A stretch of DNA of 57,115 nucleotides, the filler included, from Diploschistes diacapsis (Eukaryota): the NCBI GenBank assembly GCA_023645945.1. It is 5 parts of 5 records of this genome, joined end to end, with 100 filler letters (N's around TTAATTAATTAA, not from the genome) between each part and the next. Parts side by side here need not be neighbours in the genome. Positions count along the whole stretch, not along the records: positions 45,814 to 57,115 come from JALAIB010000842.1; 4 more parts are not named here. The stretch is one strand, 5' to 3'. The translations under genes were made by a program, and so were the position numbers. Below the pieces are notes generated by a model. That model was not told the DNA's origin and made no database searches. It worked only from the letters and a program-made list of their open reading frames with translations. Every line of letters starts with the position of its first letter. Positions within the stretch are counted from its first letter, which is position 1. Positions 46,337 to 57,115 of the stretch are shown one piece after another.

Positions 46337-46917
46337 TCAAAGCGCCAGCAGTCCCGCCATCCCAACTACCAACGCCCCTCCAGCCGCCATAACCCTTATG
46401 TTGCTCGCCGCTCCACTCCCCGGCGCCAGATCTTAGTTTATAATACTAGCCTCGGCCTGATAAATGCTCTTCACAAAGCTGACCTGTTCGGTCGGCCACG
46501 CATTCTGGTTGGACCAGGTGCCGGTGAGCTCGGCGTTAAAACTGCTGAAGAAACTACGCAAGCCGGAGGTGGGAATACCGGTGATGCTTATAGCATTCGC
46601 ACCGTCGACCGTAGCAGTGGAGACGAAGTTTTGGTAGGAGCTCTATGCGGGTTGGTGGTTGACGCTACTAAAGTAGGAGGTTAGATCGGCGTTCAACTTT
46701 GTTGCCTTTAAGGGGGAAACAAAGGTGAGTCAGCGGTAAGATCGAATGGGGAAATGTGCGAAGGAACCGAAATAGCGAATCCAAGCTAGAGTGCATGAGA
46801 GAAGAAGGTGGTAAGCACCTGTGCATTGCTCGCGTTGGCTGGTGTTATTGTAATTTGACCAAGTACGCTGCGAGCGCTGAGCAAGATGAACGCTGTATTC
46901 CAGTGAGAGATATGCAT
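46337..46917 (-). pseudogene. Small secreted GPI-anchored protein gene with two in-frame nonsense codons; exons 46917-46819 and 46705-46337
   Basis: Signal-peptide-like MHISHWNTAFILLSARSVLGQ and an intron at 46818-46706. Exon 2 reads ATKLNADLTSYFSSVNHQPA*SSYQNF...FVKSIYQAEASIIN*DLAPGSGAASNIRVMAAGGALVVGMAGLLAL, ending in a GPI-type tail. Stops are TAG at 46645 and TAA at 46435. Confidence 0.78.
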
Positions 46918-48819
46918 CTTCGACGACTTGGACCAAGATTCAACACATTTGGAACAGCGACGTGAAAGCAAGAGAGGGGACAACCAATCAGCTCGAGAAG
47001 TAGGTGATCAGGATCGCGAGAATAAAGAGGAGAAACCACAGCATTCATAGGACTTTGCGGTACAGCTTATAAGCAACCAGTAGACCGAGGCTCTGACTGT
47101 GTCTGGTCTCTCCATGCATCTGTTATTGAAATCAACAGGCTCTGCAAACAGGCTCTCTTTGCGTAGATTCAGCTGACATGGCCCCAGACTGGAAACATGA
47201 TATCTGTGACGCTGCCAGTAACGAGGCCGACTCGCACGATACGAGCGTAGCAACGGCCTCCACCAGAACCTTCAGAGGTTTCTGTGTTAACTCGCCATTG
47301 ATTTTTGAAAATGTCAGCCATGCATTGCCACCCGTAACGGCCTTGATCAGTTACTGCTGCATCGGGACATTCTAGACTGCAATTCGGAAGTTCATTGGCT
47401 CCAACTCTGCGCCGGAGCAGGATTAGGTCATGAGCTCGAGGGTGCTCACATTTTCTTGCATACGAAAAAAAACCAAGAAACCCGAAAGGCTTAAAGGTGG
47501 AGGATAACCTGGGACTCGCCCTAGGATTTACGGCGTGGATCAGCTACCGCGCAGATGGTGTGTCTGGAGTACTCGAGTAAGACGCAACCCCAACCATCCG
47601 ACCGATGAGTGGCGCAATAATTTCAAAATCAGCCAATGTATAGCGCCTTGCGCCTGCATGCTTGAAGGGCTCCATAGAGAGCTGAGCAGACTTGCTATAC
47701 GCATCTTAGTTATATGGACATAGCAATCATGGAGGTAACAACGTATTAATAGAAAGGGATGGACTTACGCAGGCTTAGGCTTAATATACAGTTCCATTTC
47801 TGTAGGCGGTTACGTACTTCTCAACCTAAACCTTATATTTATTCTTATTGATGAGATATGGTTCCGGAAGGGGCCCATCGCGGCGGAATTTAACTGCGAG
47901 AAGCGCGTCCCGGTACTCATATAGCTACCGTACATGCGGCCAAAATATAGAGGAGATATATATAAAACCCTGTTAACAATCCTTCAAGAAAATATAAGCC
48001 AAAGGGGAGAGAGAAGCGTCAGAGGAAAGAGAAGTGCAAAGGAAGTAAACCAGAAACCGTGAAGAGAGTCAACAAAAATCGAAAAGACCTAGGGAGGACC
48101 AGCGAGAAGCAGAAAGGAGCACTTAAGGAGCTTACAAGGGGCAACAGAATCAGGAAGAGAAAAAATGCCAAAAGAGACCCAAAGAAAAGATATCGAGCAT
48201 TAAACGAGTAACAAGACAAAAGCAAAGGAAGGAAAGGACCAATCTGCAGCGGCCACATTCGGTCATTCTAACCTTGTCGCAGGACGCGATCAGCTCGGAG
48301 ACGATGTGCTTATTACAACGGAGACAGGAATAGGGATCTATTAAGTCCGCGTTGTTACCCTCTTATAAAAATTATTAGCAGGGCCAAAGCGGGTGAAGTG
48401 AGAGCTTACTTTCTGAAAAGACTTGAGAAAGGTAGGCAGAGGAGAAGCAAGCCCAAGCCCAGGAGCATCAGCCTCATTATCCTTGATAGCAGCGAGCATG
48501 CCCAATGTCCTTACATGGCCAATATTATGAGCTTATTTCCTGGCGTACACTTCCAGAATAGATTCAACCGTTCGTGTGACCTTACAATTCTTGGTTAATG
48601 AAGTTATCTTGAAATCATTATGCTCTCTTCACTCATGTCCACATCTTGTTGGCGACATGACTTTGTGGCTCTTCAAGGTTAAGATGTATTTTGGGTGAGT
48701 GGAGATGACCATTGTCCTAATCTAGGAATGAAATTGTAGTCAAGCTTTAGCGGAGGACATGCTGCGTGACATCATAGAAAGCGAGTCTGAACCCGACTGA
48801 AATACCCAGATAAACAGAC

Positions 48820-50801
48820 TCAACCGACTGTTACGGTATGCGGTATAAGGGTTATAGAATATCCATATCCGTGGACAAATCCCTTTCTAAATCGAAGTCT
48901 GCAAGATCGAAAAGGGGGTTGTTCAATGCATTGAAATCGACCGCATTTGTGTATGCCTCTGCCGTAGACTCGGGTGGTGTAAATAGGGACATTTGAGCAG
49001 CAGCGGAAGATCCAGTCGAAGTTCCCAGGGCCCTTTATAGAGTAGCGTTTGATTGAACGTTTTGTCTTTGAGTAGTAAGGGCGCGACCCAGATCGCCGCC
49101 CTTCTCTAAGCAGTCCCTGTTTGACCATCTTCTTCGAGTGCCGCAAATGAATATTTGACCGCCTTCTGCGCCCTTTTTATCAGTTCTGCGTCGTCAATAT
49201 CGTTCTGATACATACGTTGTAGAACGAAACCGATAGCGTAGTATGCTGTGGATATGTCTTTGGATACCGCGAGGATTGCTTGAGTGCTTGGCTGTTGTAG
49301 GTCTCTGGGATGCCTTCTTGAATAACACACGCCGCCCTGAGAACACTATTGCGCGCCTCTCCGTCGTCCTTCTTAGAACACCCTCCTTTAGCCATGCCAA
49401 GCTTCCAGATGGTTAGTGCACCAACGAGCAAGAATTCATCGCGTTCTGATACGTATTTCCGGAAGATACGGTTATTAGCCTCACGCACTTGTCCCTGTAT
49501 AGCGTCAACTGCAGCTCTTGAATCTGCACCAGCAGCTGAGTCTAATGGATAAAGACATTGATGGATGGCCAAGTCCGTACCCTGAATTCGAAATAAAGCA
49601 AAAGCAATATCCGTGAGACCGTTGCCTCCTACCCGCGCCGTAGTCAGAGTAGGCCAGATTTCTCAGTCGTTGACATTTACAGGGTGCAGAGGAAGGTCTA
49701 GAGGCGTACCCTACGACATTGCTTGGAGGCGATAGTCCTATGCGGCACGAACGTCCAAGATATATAGTTGCCTGAAAAGTCTTATTCGTAGTTCACATTC
49801 GAAGGGCGAGAGTCCAAATTTCGATCCATCCTTATGGGGACCTAATGACTGAGAAACGCGAACCGCTATAACAGCTAAGATCCAGACAACTCGACCTGGT
49901 GTCTGTGACTCGCAAGAGTGTCTACTGACAGCATGAACTTCTATGTTTACTAAATTTGAGAGAACTTACCAGGTGTATTATTAGCGCTTGAATGTACTCG
50001 CCGGTTGAGTTCATTATCTATTTTGAAATTGGTCAGGTACAAGAGTTGTGCTTGCAGCATGAAATATTGCAAACAGCAGTACGGTCTGGCTGTCGTCGGC
50101 GGTGTTCGGAGTAGATAATGCTGCCTGAATCCTCGGCTTCGATGTTGGAACGTGCAAGACCTTGACGAGAGGGTCAACCCATGAGACATATATCTGCCAG
50201 AGTCTCGAGGCTTGCCATGCATCAGGAAGCCTCGACAAAGTTGCAGGTACGGAGTTCACGGTCAACGCTGTTACATCGAGATCTGCACCCACCAGAAGTC
50301 GAGAATCGCTCCGAAGTATGTTGAATTCGAAGGTTGGGCGCATCTATTTTGCCTAAGACAATCCATACAATGGCAGGCTCGTGGTGGTTTACGAAATATC
50401 GGGCGCTGGTTTTCCATGTCTTTGCATCCGTAGCTATACTAGCCATCATTGCATCACTGCAATACCTACTTTGGCCGCCGCTGCTTAAGAGCGTACCTCC
50501 ATTAATCGTGGACCGGATGCTGTTCCTTGCGGAAGGAAGGATCCTCTGAGGTTCATCTCTTGCGGTTTTGACAAGGTAAAAGCCTTCTTCTCCAACTGAG
50601 CAATTCGATTCAGTATGGTTGATACTGGCAAACGCTCCGATCTCTTTTTCTTCTCCAGCTCGGGCACACACATTGTGACTTGGTGCGGACGCACGAGTGA
50701 CATGGCTTATTATCCCCCGTATCCATAAAGCAGCTGTTCACCTCTTCTTATATCTGCATATCCAGCAAGAATTCTGATACGGCAATTATGTCGCTTGACA
50801 T
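48820..50801 (-). pseudogene. Zn(II)2Cys6 transcription factor pseudogene with fungal-specific TF domain
   Basis: Fragments in different frames: SCWICRYKKR, KPCHSCVRTKSQC, ILNRIAQLE, RLWQIYVSWVDPLVKVLHVPT and LLFAIFHAAS. There are several frameshifts and stops not explained by introns; the 3' boundary is approximate. Confidence 0.72.
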
Positions 50802-51307
50802 GCCGAGGATCGCCTCCTTGGGGGAAAAAAAGGGAACACTTTCAACCACGATGCAAGAAAATTTTATACGAAGCAAAAGGGATTGACAAGATGCACGGTT
50901 TGAAAGATGAGATTTGAGGCTCGGTCTCACCCCGATCAAACCGCTTCTGGGCCGGCTCCGTGATGAAGTAGATACAGCAAGTGATGATACTGGTACATGG
51001 AAGACTCAATCGCGCATTATTCAGAGCGCAAAGAAGCCTATGAAGTGGCAATTATGATGCTTCTACGCGATGCAATAGATACTGAGTGAATATACGATAT
51101 CTTATCAGTTGGGGAGATGCATTACAGTGTTCCTAACTGGAACACCAGAGTTATATCAATTAGGTAATTGCATTCCTATTCTACTCGTTCTTCGTAGTCT
51201 GGTTGACGGCATGTTTAATTTTTTCTAGTGTAGAACCTTTTTGGCCCAAATCAGCCGCTGGACAGACATGCGGCATCTACTCGCTTGTATTCGTTCAGTG
51301 ATTTCCC

Positions 51308-53001
51308 TCAGTTCTTGTCCTGTGTAGCACTGTGTTTCAATCAGCAATCAACTTTTGCCAAATCCCAAGTCTTGACGAACCGTTTGACAATGCGCTCAAT
51401 GCCTTGGAGACCCGAGACCAAGGTCTCCATCCTTGGTCCGTAGCTCAAGCGGACGAAATGATGGCATGGACTGTCAAAGAGGTCACGGCGCTTGGATGGA
51501 TTCAAGTCGAAGAAGACTAGTAATATATCAGCAATGTGACTTATCCTAGTCGAGAATGTCGAGTGCCACGCCACTCACTTCCAGGCACCACAATCACCCT
51601 CTCCTGTAAGCATTTCTGGAAGAAGTTCAATCCATCGTTCAATCCAGCAGGGAGGCCACTCAAATCGAGCCAGATGTAGAATGTGCTCTGGGGAACATGC
51701 TCGTCGTCAATCTTGAAACCAATCTCGCGGAGGCGACCAATGACATAGTCACGCTTGGTCAAAAAGTGACGCTGAAGGGCTTTCATCTCTTCGCGGACCT
51801 TGTTGGGCTCGAGCATAGCAACGGCCGCCTCTTGGAAAGGTACGTTTGCGCCTCCATCCAGGTATGAACCGCAGCTTCCAATGGCTTTAATGAATTCCTT
51901 TGGGCCGACGATCCATGCGATGCGCCAGCCGGGAAGGCGGAATCGCTTGGTGAGACCATCGATGATGAGAACATCGTCCTCGTCTACGTCTTGGACGTTG
52001 TCCGCTGCCGAGACCACGCTGCCGTCACAGTTGCTGGTGTAATTATAACCACCATAGAATTCGTCCATGATCAGTGTGGCGCGGTCCCTGCAGAGATCCT
52101 GAATCTCGGCAAGCTCCGGGTTGGCAACAACATGACCAGTAGGATTCCTTGGGTTCGACGTGAGAATAACAGAGGTACCACGGGAAATTTCCTCGGAGAT
52201 CTTCTGAGGGTGAATGTGATAGCCGTCATCCTCGTGAAGAGGCGACGGGATGGCAGCAAAGTTACGAAACAGACTCAACATCTCATTGTACGCGGTGTAG
52301 TCCGGAATGAAGAAGCCTAGGTAAGCATTGCCAAGCACCGCTGCGATCCTAATCAAGCCTGCTCTTCCCCCTGGTACAATGCAGACGTTTTCGTACGAGT
52401 ACTTGCTGTGTTTGCCCTGGCGATGGTGTGCGTTGTAGAGGTTCGCGACGGCTGCTCGGAGGGACTTGATACCTGCCGTCGGTCCATACTCTCGGCTATT
52501 GACAGAGATATCGAGAGTCATGGGGCGCGGGAAAGAGTCTTTGATATCGTCGTCGACTTCAGGGGCACCTTGGCCTAGGTTGGCCCAGGAATTAGGATCA
52601 TCGGCAAAGCCATGTTCCTGCCGAAAACTTGTCAGTCTTTTTCGCAGTTGATCAAGGTAGCTCGCGAGGTCCCACATAGGCTCTCTCCGTAGTCCAAACG
52701 ACTCCGGTCGAAGCTCTGCTGGGATCCAGACCAGCATGTGGGCGATGCCCTTCGTGTGCATCACGGAATTGCCGATGGATCTTGGAGTTGAGCTCGCTGT
52801 GACCTCGTGTTAGCCAAACTAGGGAGGACGGGCACAGAAAAGGGTTGCAGCCTACTTTGCCTCGGTGGGCTCGCCTTTGACGCTGTCATAAAGTCAGTGA
52901 ATTCCAATGGAAAAGCCAAGGAGTAGGCGATTATACCTGAACCTGCGAGGACGATTTGTTACTGAATACTTACGACTACCTGAACCAACCGAGGAACTCA
53001 T
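51308..53001 (-). CDS. PLP-dependent class I/II aminotransferase (aspartate aminotransferase-like), multi-exon; 5' exons tentative
   Basis: NLGQGAPE, SNPRNPTG, IMDEFY and PLP-lysine motif GLTKRFRLPGWRIAW. VVPG|IFFD...FVRLSYG lies across an intron near 51580-51517, and the last mini-exon ends at TGA 51308. An upstream exon encodes HRQFRDAHEGHRPHAGLDP...STGVVW. Confidence 0.9.
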
Positions 53002-53763
53002 GATGGGCAGGGGTCAATACTGCCTTTTTGGCGGAGGTGCTTAGGTATGAAAGGGTTCAAGGCTTCCAGAGGGTGCTGCTTGAACACTTCATCGAACATA
53101 GGTAGCAGCGAATGCCTGCGACCAACAAGTTTTTTTTTTTAGTTTTCCTGTGTTTTGCCACGCGGATAACCACCCCTTTGCCGCATTGAGTTTGTGGGGA
53201 AGGAAACGGAAAGCAAAAAGAAAGGCGGTGAATGAGACTCCTCTCTCTTACTCCATGCCCTAGCAAGTATTAAGTATTCTAGTATGTCCAATTCATTTGT
53301 CACCAGGTCTTGAATTGCTTAGAGATGTACATGGAGAAGCAGAAAACTAAGTGTAGGTATTTATGGAGCATCTGCTTGTGCGTGAAGTGGCAGAAGACTG
53401 ATTAAGCTGTATGTATCTAAGTGGCCTTCAAGCGTTGGAGCACACCCAGCTATAAATAAATGACAAACATTGGTATGGGGTAGATACTTGTAAGTAAGTA
53501 GTAGCATTATTGTGTGGATGGAAGTCTCTTGTAAACCGCGGATCCTTTAAACACCTAGCCCGGTACTGCTGGTTTGCTGTAGAGACGGAAAAGGTAAGAT
53601 ACTGTGTGCTCCTGAAACCAGCAAGGAAATCATACCTAGGTACTCAGCCTTCGACTTAAAGTTGGGTATCCTTTCACAAAGAAAAAGAAACACGATGATA
53701 CCCCATTGTGGAGCGGAGAAAGCTTGACGTGCCTTCGAGTCTCCCAAACGTGCACCATCAACG

Positions 53764-53790
53764 CCTGCCTGCCTGCCTGCCTGCCTGCCT
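53764..53790 (+). repeat. Microsatellite (CCTG)x~7
   Basis: Read directly, just downstream of the F-box gene stop. Confidence 0.9.
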
Positions 53791-53863
53791 GCGCAAATGC
53801 CAAACCTGAAACCAGATCGCTTTGATAACCGATTCGCAGAAAGATCGATCGCCATACACTCCA

Positions 53864-56667
53864 TCAATTGGGAGGCCCAAAGAATTTTGAGCATTCGATG
53901 ATGTTGTCATCCCCATTTGCAAAGTCCCAGCCAACAATCTTTGGATCCTGCGAGCATGCTACAATCCTACGAGCGTCGAATTGCAGCTTGAAGACTCTGG
54001 CATTTTGTGAGGGGTGGGGGTGATGTATGTTGATGGGGAGAGGGACGTTCATGGGGACGGGTACGGGTACATTGGGAACCGCTCCGTTCATCAGGGTTTG
54101 GGTTTGCGTATGGTGGGGAAGACTGTCTTGACCTTGTTGCGCGAGATGTTGCAGTGGATGTGGTAAAGAGAAACCCTGAAAGTGATCAGCATAGTTTGAG
54201 GTTCGACGCAGTAAAAGGAACTGTCAATTTACCTGTGACCACGTTGGCGGATGGGCGTTGCCCGCCTGCGCCGCAGCCGCGGGATTTGGCGCCGTATTGA
54301 TCGTCGTTGTTGTTACGTGCGTGGTGCCTGCTACAGCCGTGGCTGCTGCCGCTGCCGCTGCCGCTGCCGCTCCCGCTTGCGCTTGTTGGGCCGCTTGGTG
54401 TGCCACAATTTGAGCAACATGATTTCGCCGTTCGGAGCGAGCTACAAGCGGCCCACCAGCTGCTCTAAGCGCATCGGCTTGCTTGAGTCTGTGCCCAATT
54501 ACCCAACGGCCATCCTGGGCTTTGCGCCAGATAATGACCGTCTCGTCGTAGGAGCCGGAGACGATCCGCGCCCACTGGCTGCCACCACCCCCAGGAGGCA
54601 GTTTCGCCCCCACCGCCATGATATCTTGGGGACGACGAGATCCAGCATTGCGGTTTCTCGAAACCCGCTGCCTTGAAGTGTTTGCAGATACATCGCCTCT
54701 TCCTTTCGCTTCTATGAAAGCAACATCGACCTTCCTTGCTTCCTGCTCAAGCTCCTCCTCAGTCCCAGGCGCGTCGCCGAACGCAGCTTGAACAGTCCGA
54801 ACCAATTTTGCATGACCTTGAAGGCACCCGACTTCGGCCTGCGAAATCGGATCAAAGATGCGGATAGTGTCATCGCTGCTTCCGCTCACGATTCTCGTAC
54901 CGTCGTATTGGACACATGCGATTCCTTTGTTGTGGCCTTTGCAAAGAGCAGTGTCAATTCCAGTGCGGAGGTTGAAAACTTTGACCTCACGGTCGCCGGA
55001 CGCAGAAGCAAGTTCATCTCCATATATGTGTACTGCGTTGACCGCGGCGCTGTGCGAATCAATCCTCATGATGAGGGAGTATTCGGGGATCGGCGCCAGT
55101 TGCTCGGCTGTAAAGTGCTGTTCCATGTCCCCGGGACTAGAAATGCGGGAAAGGTCGAGTACATAGGATGGAAATTTACCTCCACCTCTGACGCCCCTGA
55201 TCGGGTAATCATCACTTCCCGGCCGGAGCAGCTGCCGGTTCCATACTTTAATCATCTTGTCCTTTGAACAAGTGACAAGGTATCGATGATCGAATTTGAG
55301 ATTCAGTACCGATTCACCATGGGCATGGGTTATCCTCTTCAGTAACTTGCCAGTAGAGAACTGCCAGACGATAACGTCGGTATCACTGCTGCCAGAAATG
55401 ATGACATCTTCGTGAGGACGTTCGTCGAACTGAAGGCACAAGACTGAGCCATGGTGGCCGCTTAACGGCCTCCTGATAAGTCTTTGAGTATCCAGATCCC
55501 ATATGCGTAGAGTTCTGTCGCGACTTCCGCTCACAAGATACTTTCCTGAATACTGAATCGTATACACACACTCGCTGTGAGCTTCTTCCGGATGATCTCT
55601 GTGGGGAAGCTGGAAGCTCTTGTATCGACCAGCCATCCAGTTCTCCTCTAGCCTTCGCCTCTGCTTATACAAATGATGGAAGTTGACCCGAACAGCCTTC
55701 TCGGACACGGGAAGTACAAGAGGGTCTCGGAAATCAAAATTCTCGTCAGGCGATGGCGTTCGAAGACTTTGGTCCGAAAAGGATGCTCCATCTGTAGACA
55801 AGGATTCCACATACATGGAGGAGGTGGTAAAATCTAAGTGAGGAGCGGCGTTCGCACCACGCGACGACCGAGTCTCGACATCGCACATTTGCTCATCCTG
55901 GGATTCTCTATGGCCGAACAGCGAGCCGAGCGGCCGGCTTTGCACCAGCTGTTCTCTTAGGCTGCTGCCGACAGCCACGTCGTTCGAGTCATCGCGGCTC
56001 ATCGCTCGCTTTTTTGCTCTTGGCTCGCCATCCGGACTCTCGGCCTTTCTGGAGAGGCTCTTTGACCCCTGCCCGGGCGAATAGTAGCCGTTTTCGAATC
56101 TCGTAATTTCTGGCCTGTTAAGCACCCACCCCTCAGAAAGGAACTTTAGTCTCCACAGCCGACTGTCCAGAGTTCTTGCCCTCCACGCCTTCGAGACTTT
56201 TGATGCTTCTAGGAGCACAGGCGGGGGCAAATAGGAGAAAATCTGCGACGTGAGCTCTGGAGGGAGCTTCGCGACGGGATCGATATGTAACAACGGGAAA
56301 AGAAGATCGACGATGGCGGCAACTGACGAGGTTCGTAAGGTACGTAGCACTTGATATGCGTGCTCTAAACTCTATGTTAGCCCATTACCAGCACTTCAAA
56401 TGCCTCCGTCATTAGATATAGTCACTTACCGCTCCTTTGACGTTCATCTAGGCTCATAACAGCACTATGCAGAGCGATTAGTGGGTTCTCCAGGATATTA
56501 GCGGTGCTTCCATTGCGAGGCTCCAGCCCCATGGCGGAGTCGCCATCGTCCAGGCTCCTCGTGTCCTCCGAATAGCCCTCGTCGAGTCTGAACGATGTGT
56601 CAGGATGCAAGGGTGGGTATAGTGGGTTGCAGACGTTTCGTAGACTGTCTGGCAAACTGCCATCCAT
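53864..56667 (-). CDS. fwd-1: F-box/WD40 SCF substrate receptor, FWD-1/beta-TrCP-like, ~893 aa; exons 56667-56430, 56364-54233, 54175-53864
   Basis: N-terminal LDEGYSE, F-box (LPPELTSQIFSYL), and WD40 repeats (HSECVYTIQY, GHHGSVLCLQFD, HGESVLNLKFD, GHNKGIACVQYD, RIVSGSYD). The final blade ARVFKLQFDARRIVACSQ follows an Ala/Gln-rich insert. Both introns keep the frame (2682 nt). Confidence 0.9.
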
Positions 56668-57115
56668 TACTGGGAGGCACTCGCGTAGTTTAAGCAAGAT
56701 CTCAAGCTAAGGTGTGGCGAGCCGGAGCTTGCGACAGACAGCCCTCCTATGCTCTGTGCTCTGTAGGGCCACTGAAGGCAAGCCAGACAGGAAACGGTGT
56801 TGTTGATGGGGGATCCTGTGGGGTGTTTTAGGCTTAAGTCGCCGGCAAAGAATGCGCGAGGATGATTACTGGTTGGTAGGGTTGGAGTGGTGGGAGTGCA
56901 TGATGGTTAGGGGATGAGAATGAAACGTGGGGGATCCTGTAGGTATAGTTATAGCAGCAAAGGCTCAGACCACGAGCATAAGGTGAAGCGTGAAGCGTGA
57001 AGTGTAGAATATGTAGCTTATAGTAAGATGCCTTGCGAGACGCATCCACTGTGACCTTCACTAGTACAAGTATATATATATATAGACTATCTAGAGTGCT
57101 ATTCCCCATTTACCC

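Noticed and set aside
41724..46645. Stop-codon reassignment or programmed readthrough explaining in-frame TAG/TAA codons
   Set aside because: Intact conserved genes here end normally at TAG (SEN1, MRPS8, GRH1) and TAA (ALB1, phenol hydroxylase) and have no internal stops; RIP-type mutation is the simpler explanation.
1..57115. CRISPR arrays, prokaryotic operons, rRNA genes, group I/II introns, Starship captain recombinase
   Set aside because: No repeat-spacer array, rRNA signature, self-splicing intron core or tyrosine-recombinase ORF was seen; the gene structures are spliceosomal and fungal.

Overview
Eukaryotic DNA from a filamentous ascomycete (Pezizomycotina-type genes with short spliceosomal introns and CTRAC branch sites). 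It is not one locus: it is five contigs (11372, 11358, 11343, 11340 and 11302 nt) joined by identical artificial 100-nt spacers (44 N + TTAATTAATTAA + 44 N) in descending length order, so gene adjacency across the spacers means nothing. Contig 1: Ulp1-type SUMO protease, phenol 2-monooxygenase-family flavoprotein, a truncated hypothetical gene. Contig 2: a hypothetical gene, SEN1 helicase, ALB1. Contig 3: partial UNG1, alternative oxidase with two CGG-N7-CGG promoter motifs, a PTH11-like remnant, VPS71/SWC6, GRASP (GRH1), and a secreted Fet3-like multicopper oxidase lacking a membrane anchor. Contig 4: a coiled-coil protein with an RVxF motif, mitochondrial uS8, then a decayed region (SDR pseudogene, atypical Cys6 zinc-cluster pseudogene, RIP-like damaged ORF, Ty1/copia remnant). 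Contig 5: a GPI-protein pseudogene, a Zn2Cys6 transcription-factor pseudogene, a class I/II aminotransferase, and an FWD-1/beta-TrCP-like F-box WD40 gene. I found no convincing new multi-gene system. The best leads are a hairpin-bearing ~160-nt dispersed repeat on two contigs, the candidate cell-cycle PP1-docking protein, the unanchored ferroxidase-like oxidase, and host-type genes broken by RIP-type stops. All exon models were read by hand and no database searches were run.
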